Under the pieces are notes generated by a model. It searched no databases. It was not told the origin of the DNA and was given only the letters and a program-made list of their open reading frames with translations. From an uncultured Nitrospiraceae bacterium (lineage in GTDB: Bacteria > Nitrospirota > Nitrospiria > Nitrospirales > Nitrospiraceae), in contig CAVPLT010000002.1 of assembly GCA_963706325.1 (NCBI GenBank), positions 96,001 through 160,000 of the forward strand: a stretch of DNA of 64,000 bases, in the 5' to 3' direction. The translations under genes were made by a program, and so were the position numbers. Of the stretch, positions 30,446-41,251 are shown piece by piece. Position 1 is the stretch's first letter, and each line of letters begins with the position of its first letter.

Positions 30446-31003
30446 CTACTTGTTCGTCCGATCAAACTCCTTGATCACTTGCTCGGTCAGGTCGATGGTG
30501 TCCTTGTTGAAGATCACGATCTTCACCGTTTGTTCGCTGCCCTTGTCCAGCACCAGGTGGTACCCCGCCTTATCAGCCACCGTCTGCGTGGCCACCGCAA
30601 TCTTCTTCATGTAGTCGTCGACGAGTTCCTTCTGCTTGCCCTGCAGTTCCTGGTTAAACTCCTGAGCACGCTTCTGGTAGTCCTGAATCTTGCTGCGGAA
30701 GGAGGTTTCTTTATCCTTCTTTTCCGTCTCGCTGAGCTTGGACGCCTGCTCTTTGAGTTGCTTTTCGCTGTTGCGCAACTCCTCTTCATCTCGAGACAGC
30801 AACTTCTGCCGAGTGGCCACATATTCGCGCAACCCATCCAGGGCTCGCTTGCCGGCCTTGCTCTTTTCGAGAACCACCTGGGGATCGATGACCCCCATCT
30901 TGAATTCCGCCGCGGGGCTCGTCGAGATCACGCCAAGGGTCGCTGCGACGAGAACGCCGACGATTGCCGCAAGCCGGCCTGTTCCTTGCCACTTCACACC
31001 CAT
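30446..31003 (-). CDS. skp: OmpH/Skp periplasmic chaperone
   Basis: Signal peptide, KMGVIDPQVVLEKSKAGK, coiled coil, DLTEQVIKEF. Confidence 0.9.
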   Translation of the reverse strand: MGVKWQGTGRLAAIVGVLVAATLGVISTSPAAEFKMGVIDPQVVLEKSKAGKRALDGLREYVATRQKLLSRDEEELRNSEKQLKEQASKLSETEKKDKETSFRSKIQDYQKRAQEFNQELQGKQKELVDDYMKKIAVATQTVADKAGYHLVLDKGSEQTVKIVIFNKDTIDLTEQVIKEFDRTNK

Positions 31004-31208
31004 CTCAGGACTCCTTTCGCCGGAAAAAATTGTCTCTACACAAACTTTGGGAGAATAGCCGCCCACGCATATCGTGTCAAGAAGGGACCACCGGCGTCCA
31101 GCATCCGATTTGACAGCGATGAGACCGGCAGCTATAAGCCACGCAGGGTCGTATCTCACCCATTGTTCCAGCCTTCCGTCGACCCTCGAGGCTGGAAAGG
31201 AGTGTAGG

Positions 31209-31610
31209 ATGCTTTTGGATCAGCAGCAGTCTCATCACCTATTTATCAGGGCCCTCCAACATGAAACGATCAACTGTGAGCACGCCGGTTGCCCGGGACC
31301 CGTTGAAACTCTCGATCAGTCTCAAACTCGGGATCGAGTCAAAACGTTTCATATGCAGTGCGAGCGATGTGGTTGGCAAAAGACCGTCACCGGCTCTGAA
31401 CAACTGACTCCACCCTGGGACAACGCCGCGCTGGAGCTCCTGGCCGACGAACATCTCATGCATCAGCAACCGGTCTGTCCGTTCGATGACACGCCGGTTA
31501 TATTTATTTCGATGCCGAATCCGCGACGAAAAGCCAAGTACCGGCTTGCCTGTTTCTACTGTGGTCGGCAGACAGAAATGGACTGGCCACCGCCGGAGAG
31601 CAAGCGATAG
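31209..31610 (+). CDS. Cys-rich (Zn-binding) hypothetical protein
   Basis: CEHAGC, CERC, CPFD, CFYC. Confidence 0.7.
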   Translation: MLLDQQQSHHLFIRALQHETINCEHAGCPGPVETLDQSQTRDRVKTFHMQCERCGWQKTVTGSEQLTPPWDNAALELLADEHLMHQQPVCPFDDTPVIFISMPNPRRKAKYRLACFYCGRQTEMDWPPPESKR

Positions 31611-31649
31611 TCATGGAAGGAAGGGCTATGTTGCGCTGATTCAGGGCAG

Positions 31650-33257
31650 CTAGACGAAGTATCGGCTGGTGTCGAAGTGGTACGCAGTGTTGTCGACAAG
31701 TTGTAAAATGCTGTGTCTGTAAATTCCCGCTCCATCCCGCTCAGTCAGATCGAGTTCGAGGCCTGCTTCCACGGGAGAGCCCTCCTCATCAGTGATGACC
31801 TTCACGGTGGGACGTTCGGCCTGTTCCTTCTCCTTGGCCGGCTTCAACACCACGGCCAAGGAACCGGAATCGAGCCTGACAAGACTGCCGATCGGGATAA
31901 TTCCGACGCAATTGACAAAAAGCTTCAGTAGGACGGGATCGAAAGATTGCCCGCTCTTGCCGAACATGAATTTGAGCACATTCGACGGCGACATCGGTTC
32001 GCGCCGGTAGACTCGCGACGAGGTCATCGCATCGTAACAATCGGCGATCGTAATGATCCGGCTCGCAACCGACTGTGTCCAGGGGACGCTTAACTTCGGA
32101 TAGCCGGAGAAATCATAATTCATATGGTGCTCAAACGAGGCGGCCGCCATTCGCGCCGGAACATTGTTGATTCCCCGCGATTTGACGAGCGTGAAGACGC
32201 CCTCTGTCGGGTGTGACCGCATGATGGCCCACTCATCCTGAGTGAACTCTCCTGGCTTGTTCAAGAGATCCAATGAAATAGCGCACTTGCCGACGTCATG
32301 AAACAGCGCCGACAAGCCGAGATCGGCGAGTTCGACTTTCGGGTATCCCGCTCGATTCCCCAGTGCCATTGCGAGGAGTGACACGTTGACGGAATGGTTG
32401 TGCGTATATTGGTCATGACACCGCAGATTGGTCAGTCCCAAGAGGGTCGACTCATCTTGCATCATCAACTCGACGATGTTTTGAATCGCGCGTTTGGCTT
32501 GTTTGAAGCTGACCGTGCCGCCGGCCCGGGTATTTTGGGCCAAATCACCCACTGCTGCAGCCGCCCTGGCATATCCGCCTTTGGCCAGTGCCTTGGCGTT
32601 GTGCGCAGGATTTTCTGTGCCGCCGGACGAGGCCGCCGTGCCTGCGCCATGGGCGCCATCCTGCGTCTGGCTCTGATCGAGGTGTCGGAAATTGAGCACG
32701 CGCGGTTCTTCCAGCTCGATACCCTTGACCCCTTCAGTCCTCAGCGCCTCCTGCAAATCATCGAGGGTATGTTTCTCGGGGTCGAGGCTGACAAAGAGGT
32801 AGGCGAACTCCCGTAAGTCTTTTGATTCTGCCCCCGACGCGAACGACAGGCCTCCGATGCGCCATTTATTCAGCGCTTCGATAATGCTTGAAAATACCGC
32901 CATCTGCTGCGAGTTCATTTTCAAATGGCTGTCACCGAGAAACAAAAAATCGTTCTGCAGTCGCAACACGACGGGGTGGTCTGCGGCCAAGGTTTTGACC
33001 AATGTCAGCATCGAGTCCACCGGCTTGTCGAGTGCCGCATTCGTGCGACCGTGAATGCGCGACGTTTTGATCAGGACGTTCAGTTGCGTCACCAGCTGAA
33101 TCCCCAGCATGGCCAGCTGCTGGTCGAGGATGTCGCCTGCCTCTGACCCTTTGGCAATCTTATTGGCGAGCGACCGTTCGTGCGTGAGGATCGGATGCGC
33201 CGCGTCGACATTCGGACCTGGTTGGGTCGGAGAAGGTGAATCGCTCACTGGCGGCAT
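31650..33257 (-). CDS. HD-GYP phosphodiesterase
   Basis: HSVNV, LFHDVGK, HPTEG, EHH...SGYP, IADCYDAMTSSRVYR. Confidence 0.92.
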   Translation of the reverse strand: MPPVSDSPSPTQPGPNVDAAHPILTHERSLANKIAKGSEAGDILDQQLAMLGIQLVTQLNVLIKTSRIHGRTNAALDKPVDSMLTLVKTLAADHPVVLRLQNDFLFLGDSHLKMNSQQMAVFSSIIEALNKWRIGGLSFASGAESKDLREFAYLFVSLDPEKHTLDDLQEALRTEGVKGIELEEPRVLNFRHLDQSQTQDGAHGAGTAASSGGTENPAHNAKALAKGGYARAAAAVGDLAQNTRAGGTVSFKQAKRAIQNIVELMMQDESTLLGLTNLRCHDQYTHNHSVNVSLLAMALGNRAGYPKVELADLGLSALFHDVGKCAISLDLLNKPGEFTQDEWAIMRSHPTEGVFTLVKSRGINNVPARMAAASFEHHMNYDFSGYPKLSVPWTQSVASRIITIADCYDAMTSSRVYRREPMSPSNVLKFMFGKSGQSFDPVLLKLFVNCVGIIPIGSLVRLDSGSLAVVLKPAKEKEQAERPTVKVITDEEGSPVEAGLELDLTERDGAGIYRHSILQLVDNTAYHFDTSRYFV

Positions 33258-33265
33258 CCTCGCAA

Positions 33266-35146
33266 TTAGGAATTTGCGGCTGATGGGGTGTTCTGCCGAT
33301 GCTGACGACTGGCGACCGAGAGAGCGGTGGCGCAGGCCTGTCGAACAGCCGTCCCGCCTTTCTTCTGGCCGACGGTCAGAGCGGCGATCGCCGCCGGCGT
33401 CCCGAGTTTCCCGAGCATATCTGCGGCAAGCAGCGCCAACTCTTCTTTTTTCTTTCGGTTGGTCCACGACCACTCGGTCAACAATCCTTGCCAGTAGGGG
33501 ACAGCGTCATCGACGGCGGTCTGTTTCATAGCCAGATAAATCGCCCGTTTTTCCGCCGACGACCGGTCATGGAATTCGTCCGTTGTGACGAAGGGAGCCC
33601 AGACAGAAAAGGCCGCGCTGAATTGTCCGCTGGCGAGGACTTTCATAGCCGTCAAACGAACCGTTTCGTCACCGTCACCGAGCAAGCCGACCAACTTGGT
33701 CCCGTTGCCAGACGGACGCAACATCGCCAGGAGCCGAAGCGCATCGCGCCGCACAGTCGATTCCGGATGCCGAAGCGATTTCTCTACCGCATCGGCGAAA
33801 CGAGGATCGTGCCAACGCGTGATGAGCGCCAACAGGTTTTTCACATAGACTGGTCGCTTGTCGGTCAAGCCGCGGACAATCGGATCGGCGTTGTCTTTCG
33901 CAATCGTTTGTAACGCTTCCATCACGATCGCCTGATGCATCGGCCCTTCCAGCGCGGCCAATAGGGCGCAGAGTCCAGGGACCGTCTCCTTGCTCATCAT
34001 GAGCAGGAGGGTGAGCAGACCTTCGGCCTTCGCATCGGGTGTTCGGTTTAAATAGGTGCCGATGGCTTTCAGTCGTTCCGGCCTAGCCAATCCTTCGAAG
34101 AGGCCGGCGACCTGTCGCTTGTGAGGCTCGGAAAGGTCCGGACGAACGGCCTCGACATCTTGCAGCAAGGCCAAGACGGTTTCGAGCACCGTCCATTGCC
34201 CGTTGCGAAGGAGTACGTCAAGGACGCTGTCCCACACTTCAAAAAGTTTGGTCAATACTGCCGCGGACTGTTCCGACGCCAATACGGCTGTTAAGACATC
34301 GAGGATATAGAGTGTGGCGTCGCGAGCGGTTTCCGTTTTGATTTCTTGTGTGAGGGTATCGAGCTCGGATTGAGAGACCTCGTACCCGACGACACTGGCG
34401 TGGAAACGTTGGCTTCTGGCGGCTCCAGTTCCAGCGCCCGTTGGCCCGCCGGCTCCGTCCGTGAAGCCATGGCCTTCATCCCCTGGCGATCCCCCAGGCT
34501 TCTCTTTCTCACGGGACGTCATCGCCTGTTCACGGTCGAGAAGTTCGCGAAGAGACGTCACCGATGTATTCATATAGCCCTGAGTCTGCAATTCGAGTTC
34601 ATCGCCTCCGAATCCGGAGGATCGGACCAGTTCTTCTGCGGTAACCAGGGTGATGGTGGAAAGATTTTTTGCCCATAAGCGGGTGACGATATCGTCATCG
34701 TCGTCGTCGTTCGGTCCCTCTTCCGATCCTGTGTCGCGAGCAGAGGTGCCCCACAGGGCATCCAGAAAAAACGAAAGGTCCGCTTGCGTCAGCCCCTGAT
34801 GGAACGTCAATTCTCGGATTCCATCCGAATACATCGTGAATGCGAAGCTGTCGCCGGTGGCATCTCGTTCGGGTTCGTAGACGACTTCCTCTCCGAAGAA
34901 CAATTGGTTGCGCTGGACGAGAAATGCGACGCGGGTGTGATGCTCGAGATGCAGTGTCAGCTCGTCATAAAACTGCTGAAAAAATCGCTGTGCGACGGGA
35001 TTCTTCGTGCCAAATGTCCGTGCGGATTTGGCTGCTTTGTCGAGCAGCTTGAGCAACTGTTTGACGGCGGTGACCTCCGGATCGACACCTTCTTTTACGA
35101 AGGGCGCAATGGGAGCTGCCTCTTCAAACGACTTAGTAGATTCCAT
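33266..35146 (-). CDS. HEAT-repeat protein
   Basis: C-terminal repeats VRRDALRLL, VRLTAMKVL, VRQACATAL; in an operon with the HD-GYP gene. Confidence 0.82.
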   Translation of the reverse strand: MESTKSFEEAAPIAPFVKEGVDPEVTAVKQLLKLLDKAAKSARTFGTKNPVAQRFFQQFYDELTLHLEHHTRVAFLVQRNQLFFGEEVVYEPERDATGDSFAFTMYSDGIRELTFHQGLTQADLSFFLDALWGTSARDTGSEEGPNDDDDDDIVTRLWAKNLSTITLVTAEELVRSSGFGGDELELQTQGYMNTSVTSLRELLDREQAMTSREKEKPGGSPGDEGHGFTDGAGGPTGAGTGAARSQRFHASVVGYEVSQSELDTLTQEIKTETARDATLYILDVLTAVLASEQSAAVLTKLFEVWDSVLDVLLRNGQWTVLETVLALLQDVEAVRPDLSEPHKRQVAGLFEGLARPERLKAIGTYLNRTPDAKAEGLLTLLLMMSKETVPGLCALLAALEGPMHQAIVMEALQTIAKDNADPIVRGLTDKRPVYVKNLLALITRWHDPRFADAVEKSLRHPESTVRRDALRLLAMLRPSGNGTKLVGLLGDGDETVRLTAMKVLASGQFSAAFSVWAPFVTTDEFHDRSSAEKRAIYLAMKQTAVDDAVPYWQGLLTEWSWTNRKKKEELALLAADMLGKLGTPAAIAALTVGQKKGGTAVRQACATALSVASRQHRQNTPSAANS

Positions 35147-35295
35147 ATGATTCTGTCGTATCCTGAGGTCCTTGCTTCGTCAAGAAAATTGTCGCTCCGC
35201 GCAGATGCGGTTCAGACGAAATCCGTATTACCACAGGTCAGATCGCAGGTGAGTCTCACATTGCGCTGCGTCATACGAGACGTTAAAATTCCATC

Positions 35296-35964
35296 ATGAA
35301 TCTTGTTCAGAATTCTCCACTCATTATTTGTTTTGGTGATAGTCTCACTTCCGGATACCAGACACCCAGCCTCGCGCATCCTCACTCAGAGGCAACCCCC
35401 TATGGCCAGGTCTTGCAGGAGCGACTTGGCAACCGAGGACGCGTGGAGATCAGCGGTATCTGCGGCGAGGTGACCGGAGAGATGGTTTTACGCTTTCGCA
35501 CTGCGGTGCTGAATCGTCGTCCTCAGATGGTGATTATTCTCGGAGGAACGAATGACCTGGGATGGAATGCTGATCCTTCCGAGATCATGCGAAATCTCAC
35601 CAAGATGTATGAATTGGCCCGGGCTGCCTCGATTGTGCCTGTTCCTGTGACCGTGCCTTCCATTCGCCTCGAGATGGATCAGGACAATCCTGAGGCCGCC
35701 TCCTGGCTCGTCGAACATATTCACCGCCGAAAGCGTCTGAATGCGCTGATCGCGGACTATGCCGATAGAAAGGGGCTGCTGTATTGTGATCTGTTCACTG
35801 CCACGGCCGAACCGGACTCACTCTTGCTGGCCGAACCCTACTCGAATGACGGGCTCCATCTGACCACCAGCGGCTATGAGCTGTTCGGCCGGTTGCTGTA
35901 CGAGCAGCTGTTCGCTTCTTCTGCGGCAGGTCACCCGGCGGTGTCGGACTCGGCTGGGTCATGA
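35296..35964 (+). CDS. SGNH/GDSL hydrolase
   Basis: FGDSLT, GGTND, DGLH. Confidence 0.92.
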   Translation: MNLVQNSPLIICFGDSLTSGYQTPSLAHPHSEATPYGQVLQERLGNRGRVEISGICGEVTGEMVLRFRTAVLNRRPQMVIILGGTNDLGWNADPSEIMRNLTKMYELARAASIVPVPVTVPSIRLEMDQDNPEAASWLVEHIHRRKRLNALIADYADRKGLLYCDLFTATAEPDSLLLAEPYSNDGLHLTTSGYELFGRLLYEQLFASSAAGHPAVSDSAGS

Positions 35965-36275
35965 TCGGGGAGGTTACTGATCGAGATTTTGCCAGGGTGG
36001 TTGAGCAGGCCAGGATGCCGGTGCTGGTCGAATTCTGGCAACCGGGCTGCGGTCACTGTGTCGCGCTCCTGGCGCAGTTGGAACAGTTGCAGCAGGACGT
36101 AGCACAAGCGCTGACGATCGTGAAGATGAATGTCCAGGAGAACTTTCAGATTCCGGCTGAACTCGAGATCAGTTCGTTGCCGGCGCTGGCCCTCTTTGAG
36201 GGCGGGGCGTTCGTACGGTTTATCGGCGGAATCGGCACGAAGGATGAGATTCGTCAGCAGCTGCCTCTAGATTAG
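35961..36275 (+). CDS. Thioredoxin
   Basis: VLVEFWQPGCGHC. Confidence 0.9.
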   Translation: MIGEVTDRDFARVVEQARMPVLVEFWQPGCGHCVALLAQLEQLQQDVAQALTIVKMNVQENFQIPAELEISSLPALALFEGGAFVRFIGGIGTKDEIRQQLPLD

Positions 36276-36351
36276 GTCTCGGCGATCCAAGACGCGGCAG
36301 GAGAGGTCCATCGCGGTTCACATGAACACTCACCGGGCTTTTTCTCCGCGG

Positions 36352-37896
36352 CTAAAGCACTCGCCAAGCGCGTCCGTCATTCTCTATCATTCGTTCGGCC
36401 TCCACCGGTCCCCAGGTTCCGGCAGAATACTCCGGCAACCAGCGTAGTTTCTGTTGCGCCCAGCCCTCCAAGATCTTAGTGACCCAGGCCCAGGATGCTT
36501 CTACGGCATCGCGTCGCATGAACCGCGAGGCGTCGCCGGTCATGACGTCGAGCAGCAACCGTTCGTAGGCTTCCGGAGACGGACACCCAAACACGTCGCT
36601 GTATTGAAAGTCCATTTCCACGGGGTGGGTTTGCGCGCGCGTGCCTGGCACACGCGAGATGATCCGCAGAGAGAGCCCTTCGTCCGGCTGAATCCGCAAG
36701 GTCAGGACATTCGCCGGCTGGGGATGGGCAGGGTCGGCGTTGAAGAGAATCTGCGGAATGTCCTTGAACTGCACGGCAATTTCACTGGCCCGTTTGGGCA
36801 AGGTTTTTCCCGTTCGAAGGTAAAACGGCACGCCCGACCAGCGCCAGTTCTCCACGAACGCTTTGACCGCCACGTACGTCTCCGTGGTTGAGTTCGGGTT
36901 GACGCCTCTCTCCCGGCGGTAGCCGGGCACGGGTTGATCCTGCGCGGTACCCTCCGCATATTGGCCGCGGACGGTGTATCGCTCGACATCCTTGCCGACG
37001 ATGGGCCTGAGACAACGCAGTACCTCCATTTTCACGTCGCGCACGACATTGGGGTCCAGCGAATACGGCGGCTCCATCGCGACAAGACAGAGCAGCTGCA
37101 ACAGATGATTCTGGATCATATCTCGCAGAGCGCCGGCTTCTTCGTAATAACTGGCTCTCGTCCCGACGCCCTCCGATTCACTGACGGTGATCTGGACGTG
37201 ATCGATATACTTATGATTCCAGATCGGCTCGAAAATACTGTTGGCGAAACGAACCACCATGAGGTTCTGGACGGTCTCCTTCCCGAGGTAGTGATCGATT
37301 CGAAAGATCTGAGACTCATCGAAAACCTTGCCGGTCACTTCATTGATCTGCTGGGCTGAGGCCAAATCCCGTCCCACCGGCTTTTCGACGATAATGCGCG
37401 AGTAGGATGAGTCTGTCGACGGCGGAGTTGCTAGTCCGGCCTGGGCGAGTCCTTCGCAAACCGAAGCAAAGGAACTCGGAGGAATACTCAGATAAAAAAT
37501 GCGGTTGCCGGGCAGCTGCATGTCGCGCTCGACCTGTTCGGCCTTGTCACGGAGTGCGCTGTAGGTCTTGGGGTCGTCATTTTCACCTTGGATATAGAAT
37601 AGGTGGGGTTCGAAGGCCCGCCAGGTGTCCTCGACCAATGCTTGCCGGGAATGTTTGACCACGCCTTCTCGAACCAGATTACGGAAGTCCTGATCGCTCA
37701 TCGGCTTGCGGCCCAATCCAATCACCGCATACTTGGCCGGCAAGAGGCCATCGAGTAGCAGATTGTAGAGGGCCGGGATGAGGCGCCGTCGCGCAAGATC
37801 TCCCGATCCGCCGAATATGATCAGCGTGCACGGTTCGACCGGAGTGATCGATTCAGGGAAGGGCTTGATGTCAACGGGAGTTGTGGGGGAGGACAT
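36352..37896 (-). CDS. zwf: Glucose-6-phosphate 1-dehydrogenase
   Basis: GGSGDLA, EKPVG, RIDHYLGKE, NWRWSGVPFYLRTGK. Confidence 0.98.
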   Translation of the reverse strand: MSSPTTPVDIKPFPESITPVEPCTLIIFGGSGDLARRRLIPALYNLLLDGLLPAKYAVIGLGRKPMSDQDFRNLVREGVVKHSRQALVEDTWRAFEPHLFYIQGENDDPKTYSALRDKAEQVERDMQLPGNRIFYLSIPPSSFASVCEGLAQAGLATPPSTDSSYSRIIVEKPVGRDLASAQQINEVTGKVFDESQIFRIDHYLGKETVQNLMVVRFANSIFEPIWNHKYIDHVQITVSESEGVGTRASYYEEAGALRDMIQNHLLQLLCLVAMEPPYSLDPNVVRDVKMEVLRCLRPIVGKDVERYTVRGQYAEGTAQDQPVPGYRRERGVNPNSTTETYVAVKAFVENWRWSGVPFYLRTGKTLPKRASEIAVQFKDIPQILFNADPAHPQPANVLTLRIQPDEGLSLRIISRVPGTRAQTHPVEMDFQYSDVFGCPSPEAYERLLLDVMTGDASRFMRRDAVEASWAWVTKILEGWAQQKLRWLPEYSAGTWGPVEAERMIENDGRAWRVL

Positions 37897-37922
37897 AATC
37901 TGCGTTTCCGGTAATTAAGGTG

Positions 37923-38816
37923 TCAGCGCCTGACGCTGTGTCCGCCGAAGGCGTTTCGCAAGGCCGCCAACATTTTCTCTGCGAAGGATTCTTCCTGCCG
38001 TGATCGAAATCTCGTGAACAACGCAGCAGTCAAAGTCGGAACCGGCACATCCTTATCGATCGCGTCTTGAATCATCCAGCGACCCTCACCGGAATCTTGC
38101 ACATAGCCTTTTAATTTTTCCAGTTTGGGATCCTGCTGCAACGCGCCGACGGCCAGCTCCAACAGCCACGATCGCACGACGCTGCCGTGCATCCACACAT
38201 CGGCGATTTTAGCCAGATCGAGCCGATACTCGCTTTTTGCCATGAGTTCGAAGCCCTCGGCATAGCCCTGCATCATGCTGTATTCGATGCCGTTGTGAAC
38301 CATTTTGACATAGTGCCCGGCGCCGTGGGTTCCCATGTGTGCCCAGCCCTGTTCAGGCGCCAACGTTTTGAAGATAGGGGTCAATCGTTGAACTGTCTCC
38401 TGCTCGCCTCCGACCATGAGGCAGTAGCCCACGGTCAATCCCCATACCCCGCCGCTGGTTCCGACGTCTATATAATGAATCCCCTTCTTCTTCAGCTCGG
38501 CGGAGCGGCGCGTGTCATCGTGAAAGTGGGTGTTACCTCCGTCAATAATGGTATCGCCCGGTTGGAGCAAGGCCGCGATGGCTTGCACCGTTTCTTCAGT
38601 CGGCGCTCCCGACGGGACCATGACCCAAACGGCGCGGGGAGCCGCCAATTTTGAAATGAGGTCGCCCAGTGAAGAGGCGCCCACACAACCCTTGTTCTCC
38701 GCCTGCTTCACAATTTCCGGGGTGCGGTCGTAGGCCACGACGCGATGCTGTCCCTGCTGCAAACGCGTGACCATGTTCATTCCCATCTTGCCGAGTCCGA
38801 CAAATCCAAGTTCCAT
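37923..38816 (-). CDS. gnd: 6-phosphogluconate dehydrogenase (short type)
   Basis: GLGKMG, IDGGN, SGGVWG, GHYVKMVHNGIEY, RNAFGGH. Confidence 0.97.
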   Translation of the reverse strand: MELGFVGLGKMGMNMVTRLQQGQHRVVAYDRTPEIVKQAENKGCVGASSLGDLISKLAAPRAVWVMVPSGAPTEETVQAIAALLQPGDTIIDGGNTHFHDDTRRSAELKKKGIHYIDVGTSGGVWGLTVGYCLMVGGEQETVQRLTPIFKTLAPEQGWAHMGTHGAGHYVKMVHNGIEYSMMQGYAEGFELMAKSEYRLDLAKIADVWMHGSVVRSWLLELAVGALQQDPKLEKLKGYVQDSGEGRWMIQDAIDKDVPVPTLTAALFTRFRSRQEESFAEKMLAALRNAFGGHSVRR

Positions 38817-38971
38817 AGTTGACCCTCTCTGATGATGCGGCTGTGCAACGACTGATGCTGAGACTGTAAACCCTTGGCGCGTCACCGATATGATTCTGTG
38901 TCGATGCTACCACTGCCCAAAACAGGGACGCCAACAGATGCTTGTCAGTGAACGTAGACGACGCGCTGCCG

Positions 38972-39778
38972 TTAATCCACACGAGGTGGAAGCGGGATAT
39001 CACGGAACAGAGCGTCGGCGAACCGTCGACCGCACAGGAGTCGTTCGTGAAGCGTGGCCGCGCTCAGGAATTGGCCGGCCAGGTCGCCGAGTGCCGGATC
39101 GCGGGAAGCCATGAAGCGAAGCGAATCAACCGGCGCGGTGAGCCAAAGGCCTCGAGTTCGAAAGAAGGCCGAAAGACAATCCTCGAAAAAGACCTGGAGG
39201 AGGTATTGGGCCGTGTTGGGTTTGTCGCGTAAATCTTCGACTTTGCCCAGCCAATGGAAACAGTCCGCTTTCAGACGGATGCGCTCATGGAGACTGGCGG
39301 CCGGGGGGCCCTGGCGGAACCGTTGCGCGGCTTTGGCGATCAGCTGAGCCGCGATCTCCTCGTGGTCAAACAGAATACGTCCCTTACGGAGGAGAGGCGC
39401 CAGACGGGGAGAATAGTCGACATCCTCGGAGACGGTTTTATGCTCGCCATAGCGGATGTCTACCAGCCGGTCGGCGACGCGAATCATTTCCTGCCCGTTC
39501 GCCGGTCCCTTGACCAGGACGATGAGATCGATATCGCTGTGGGCCGTCACGGCGCGCCGCGCTCCGGAGCCCACGAGAATGACACCGACCAAATCACCGC
39601 CGCGTTTGGCGCGCACATATTTCAGGGCGACGCTGAGGGCGTCGTCATAGCCGGGCGGGGGAATCGCCGGGGGCATCTCCGGTGGTTCAGGAATGTCGAG
39701 CAGCTCAGCCTTCAATTCTTCGGAGGAAGGAAGGCCTGGCGAAGACTGAGACGAGGAGGCGGTCAAGTGTGATTCCAT
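38972..39778 (-). CDS. Nucleotidyltransferase-domain protein
   Basis: GSGAR...SDIDL pol-beta-family motif plus a helical C-terminal domain. Confidence 0.82.
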   Translation of the reverse strand: MESHLTASSSQSSPGLPSSEELKAELLDIPEPPEMPPAIPPPGYDDALSVALKYVRAKRGGDLVGVILVGSGARRAVTAHSDIDLIVLVKGPANGQEMIRVADRLVDIRYGEHKTVSEDVDYSPRLAPLLRKGRILFDHEEIAAQLIAKAAQRFRQGPPAASLHERIRLKADCFHWLGKVEDLRDKPNTAQYLLQVFFEDCLSAFFRTRGLWLTAPVDSLRFMASRDPALGDLAGQFLSAATLHERLLCGRRFADALFRDIPLPPRVD

Positions 39779-39803
39779 GGATAATCGTTGTGTCCTAGAC
39801 GTG

Positions 39804-40031
39804 TCAGGTGGCTTGCACACGTTGAATATGTTGTTCAAGAGTGCCGAGCCATTGGTCGAAAGGTTGCTCGGCATCGACGACAATCTCAAGCTTGCCATTG
39901 GGGAGTTTGCGGACTACGCCCGGAGTTTCCGGGGAGAGGGGAATCTCCACCCATTCACGATTGAGGCCCAAAGCATCTGTCAAGTCAAGAATCCGGCTGA
40001 TCTGTTGAAACGAAACCGCGTCGAGCGTCAC
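39804..40031 (-). CDS. Small hypothetical protein
   Basis: GAGGT SD then GTG; 75 aa, co-oriented in the operon. Confidence 0.65.
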   Translation of the reverse strand: MTLDAVSFQQISRILDLTDALGLNREWVEIPLSPETPGVVRKLPNGKLEIVVDAEQPFDQWLGTLEQHIQRVQAT

Positions 40032-40106
40032 GCATACCTCTCACTGTTGTCCGGTGTGAGGGCATTTTAGGAGGGGGCCGGCGGCCTGTCAATGCGAGGA
40101 ACGCCG

Positions 40107-41138
40107 TTACGAGCGAAGGGTATGCCCGACAATGTCCGCCGCACGCTCGATGGCATCGGCTGACACATCCAGATGTGTGACTGCGCGACATGTTTTTCCG
40201 CCGACAGCGTTCACAAGCACGCCTTCCCGCTTGAGCGTCGCGACGAACGCCGGCATTGAGAGCCGTGAACTGTGCACATCGAAAAACAAAATGTTCGTCT
40301 CGACCGCACCGGGATTGATAGAGACGGAAGGAATCTGCGCCAGCAGCGCGGCGAGCCGCTGTGCATTCGCATGATCCTCCGCCAGGCGTTCAATATTATG
40401 CTCCAGTGCATACAGGCCCGCAGCAGCGAGGATACCGGCTTGGCGCATGGCGCCCCCATACATTCGGCGGAACCGTCGCAGGCGTGCCAATAGCCCTTCA
40501 TCGTCCGTAGCAATCAACGAGCCCACCGGCGCGCCAAGTCCTTTTGAGAGACAAAAGGTGACCGTCTCAAAGTGCCGGGCATAGTCTGCTGCGGAGGTCC
40601 CCGAGGTCACCACGGCATTGAAAAGCCGAGCCCCGTCCAGGTGCATGGGAATGTTATAGGTGGAAGCCACTGCGCGGATGTCCTGGATCGATGCAAGCGG
40701 ATAGATCGTCCCGCCTCCGGCATTGTGGGTGTTTTCGAGACAGATCAGCGCGGTCTGAATGCTGTAGGCATCTTTGGGGCGGATGGCGTCCTCAACCTGC
40801 TCGGCAGTCATAAGCCCTTGCGCACCGTTCACCCCATGCAATTGCACACCGGCCAGCGCCGCCGCGGCGCCCTGTTCATACCGCACGATGTGTGAGTGAC
40901 GCTCAACGATCACTTCACGTCCTGGTTCCGTTTGCGCGCGCAGGCAAAGTTGATTCCCCAGCGTGCCGGACGGCACGAAGAGCGCGGCTTTTTTCCCGAC
41001 GAGTGTCGCGCCGCGCGCCTGAAGTTGATTCACGGTGGGATCTTCCCCATACACATCGTCGCCTACCTCGGCGCGCGCCATGGCTTCGCGCATGGCCGGA
41101 GAGGGCCTAGTGACGGTATCGCTTCGGAGATCGATCAT
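40107..41138 (-). CDS. ltaE: Low-specificity L-threonine aldolase
   Basis: [48 protein letters not shown]. Confidence 0.96.
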   Translation of the reverse strand: MIDLRSDTVTRPSPAMREAMARAEVGDDVYGEDPTVNQLQARGATLVGKKAALFVPSGTLGNQLCLRAQTEPGREVIVERHSHIVRYEQGAAAALAGVQLHGVNGAQGLMTAEQVEDAIRPKDAYSIQTALICLENTHNAGGGTIYPLASIQDIRAVASTYNIPMHLDGARLFNAVVTSGTSAADYARHFETVTFCLSKGLGAPVGSLIATDDEGLLARLRRFRRMYGGAMRQAGILAAAGLYALEHNIERLAEDHANAQRLAALLAQIPSVSINPGAVETNILFFDVHSSRLSMPAFVATLKREGVLVNAVGGKTCRAVTHLDVSADAIERAADIVGHTLRS

Positions 41139-41251
41139 GGGATTGAAGATGCTCTGCACAGAATAAGTTAGCCCCAGCATTGTGGCGGATCAGCGGCGTT
41201 CTAGCAAATTTTTCTTCCGCCGGTGATACACTGCCACTCACTTGGAGTCGC

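Noticed and set aside
38972..40031. MNT-HEPN toxin-antitoxin pair
   Set aside because: No HEPN RxxxxH motif is evident in the small partner, and the genes sit in a housekeeping run (ltaE to gnd-zwf).
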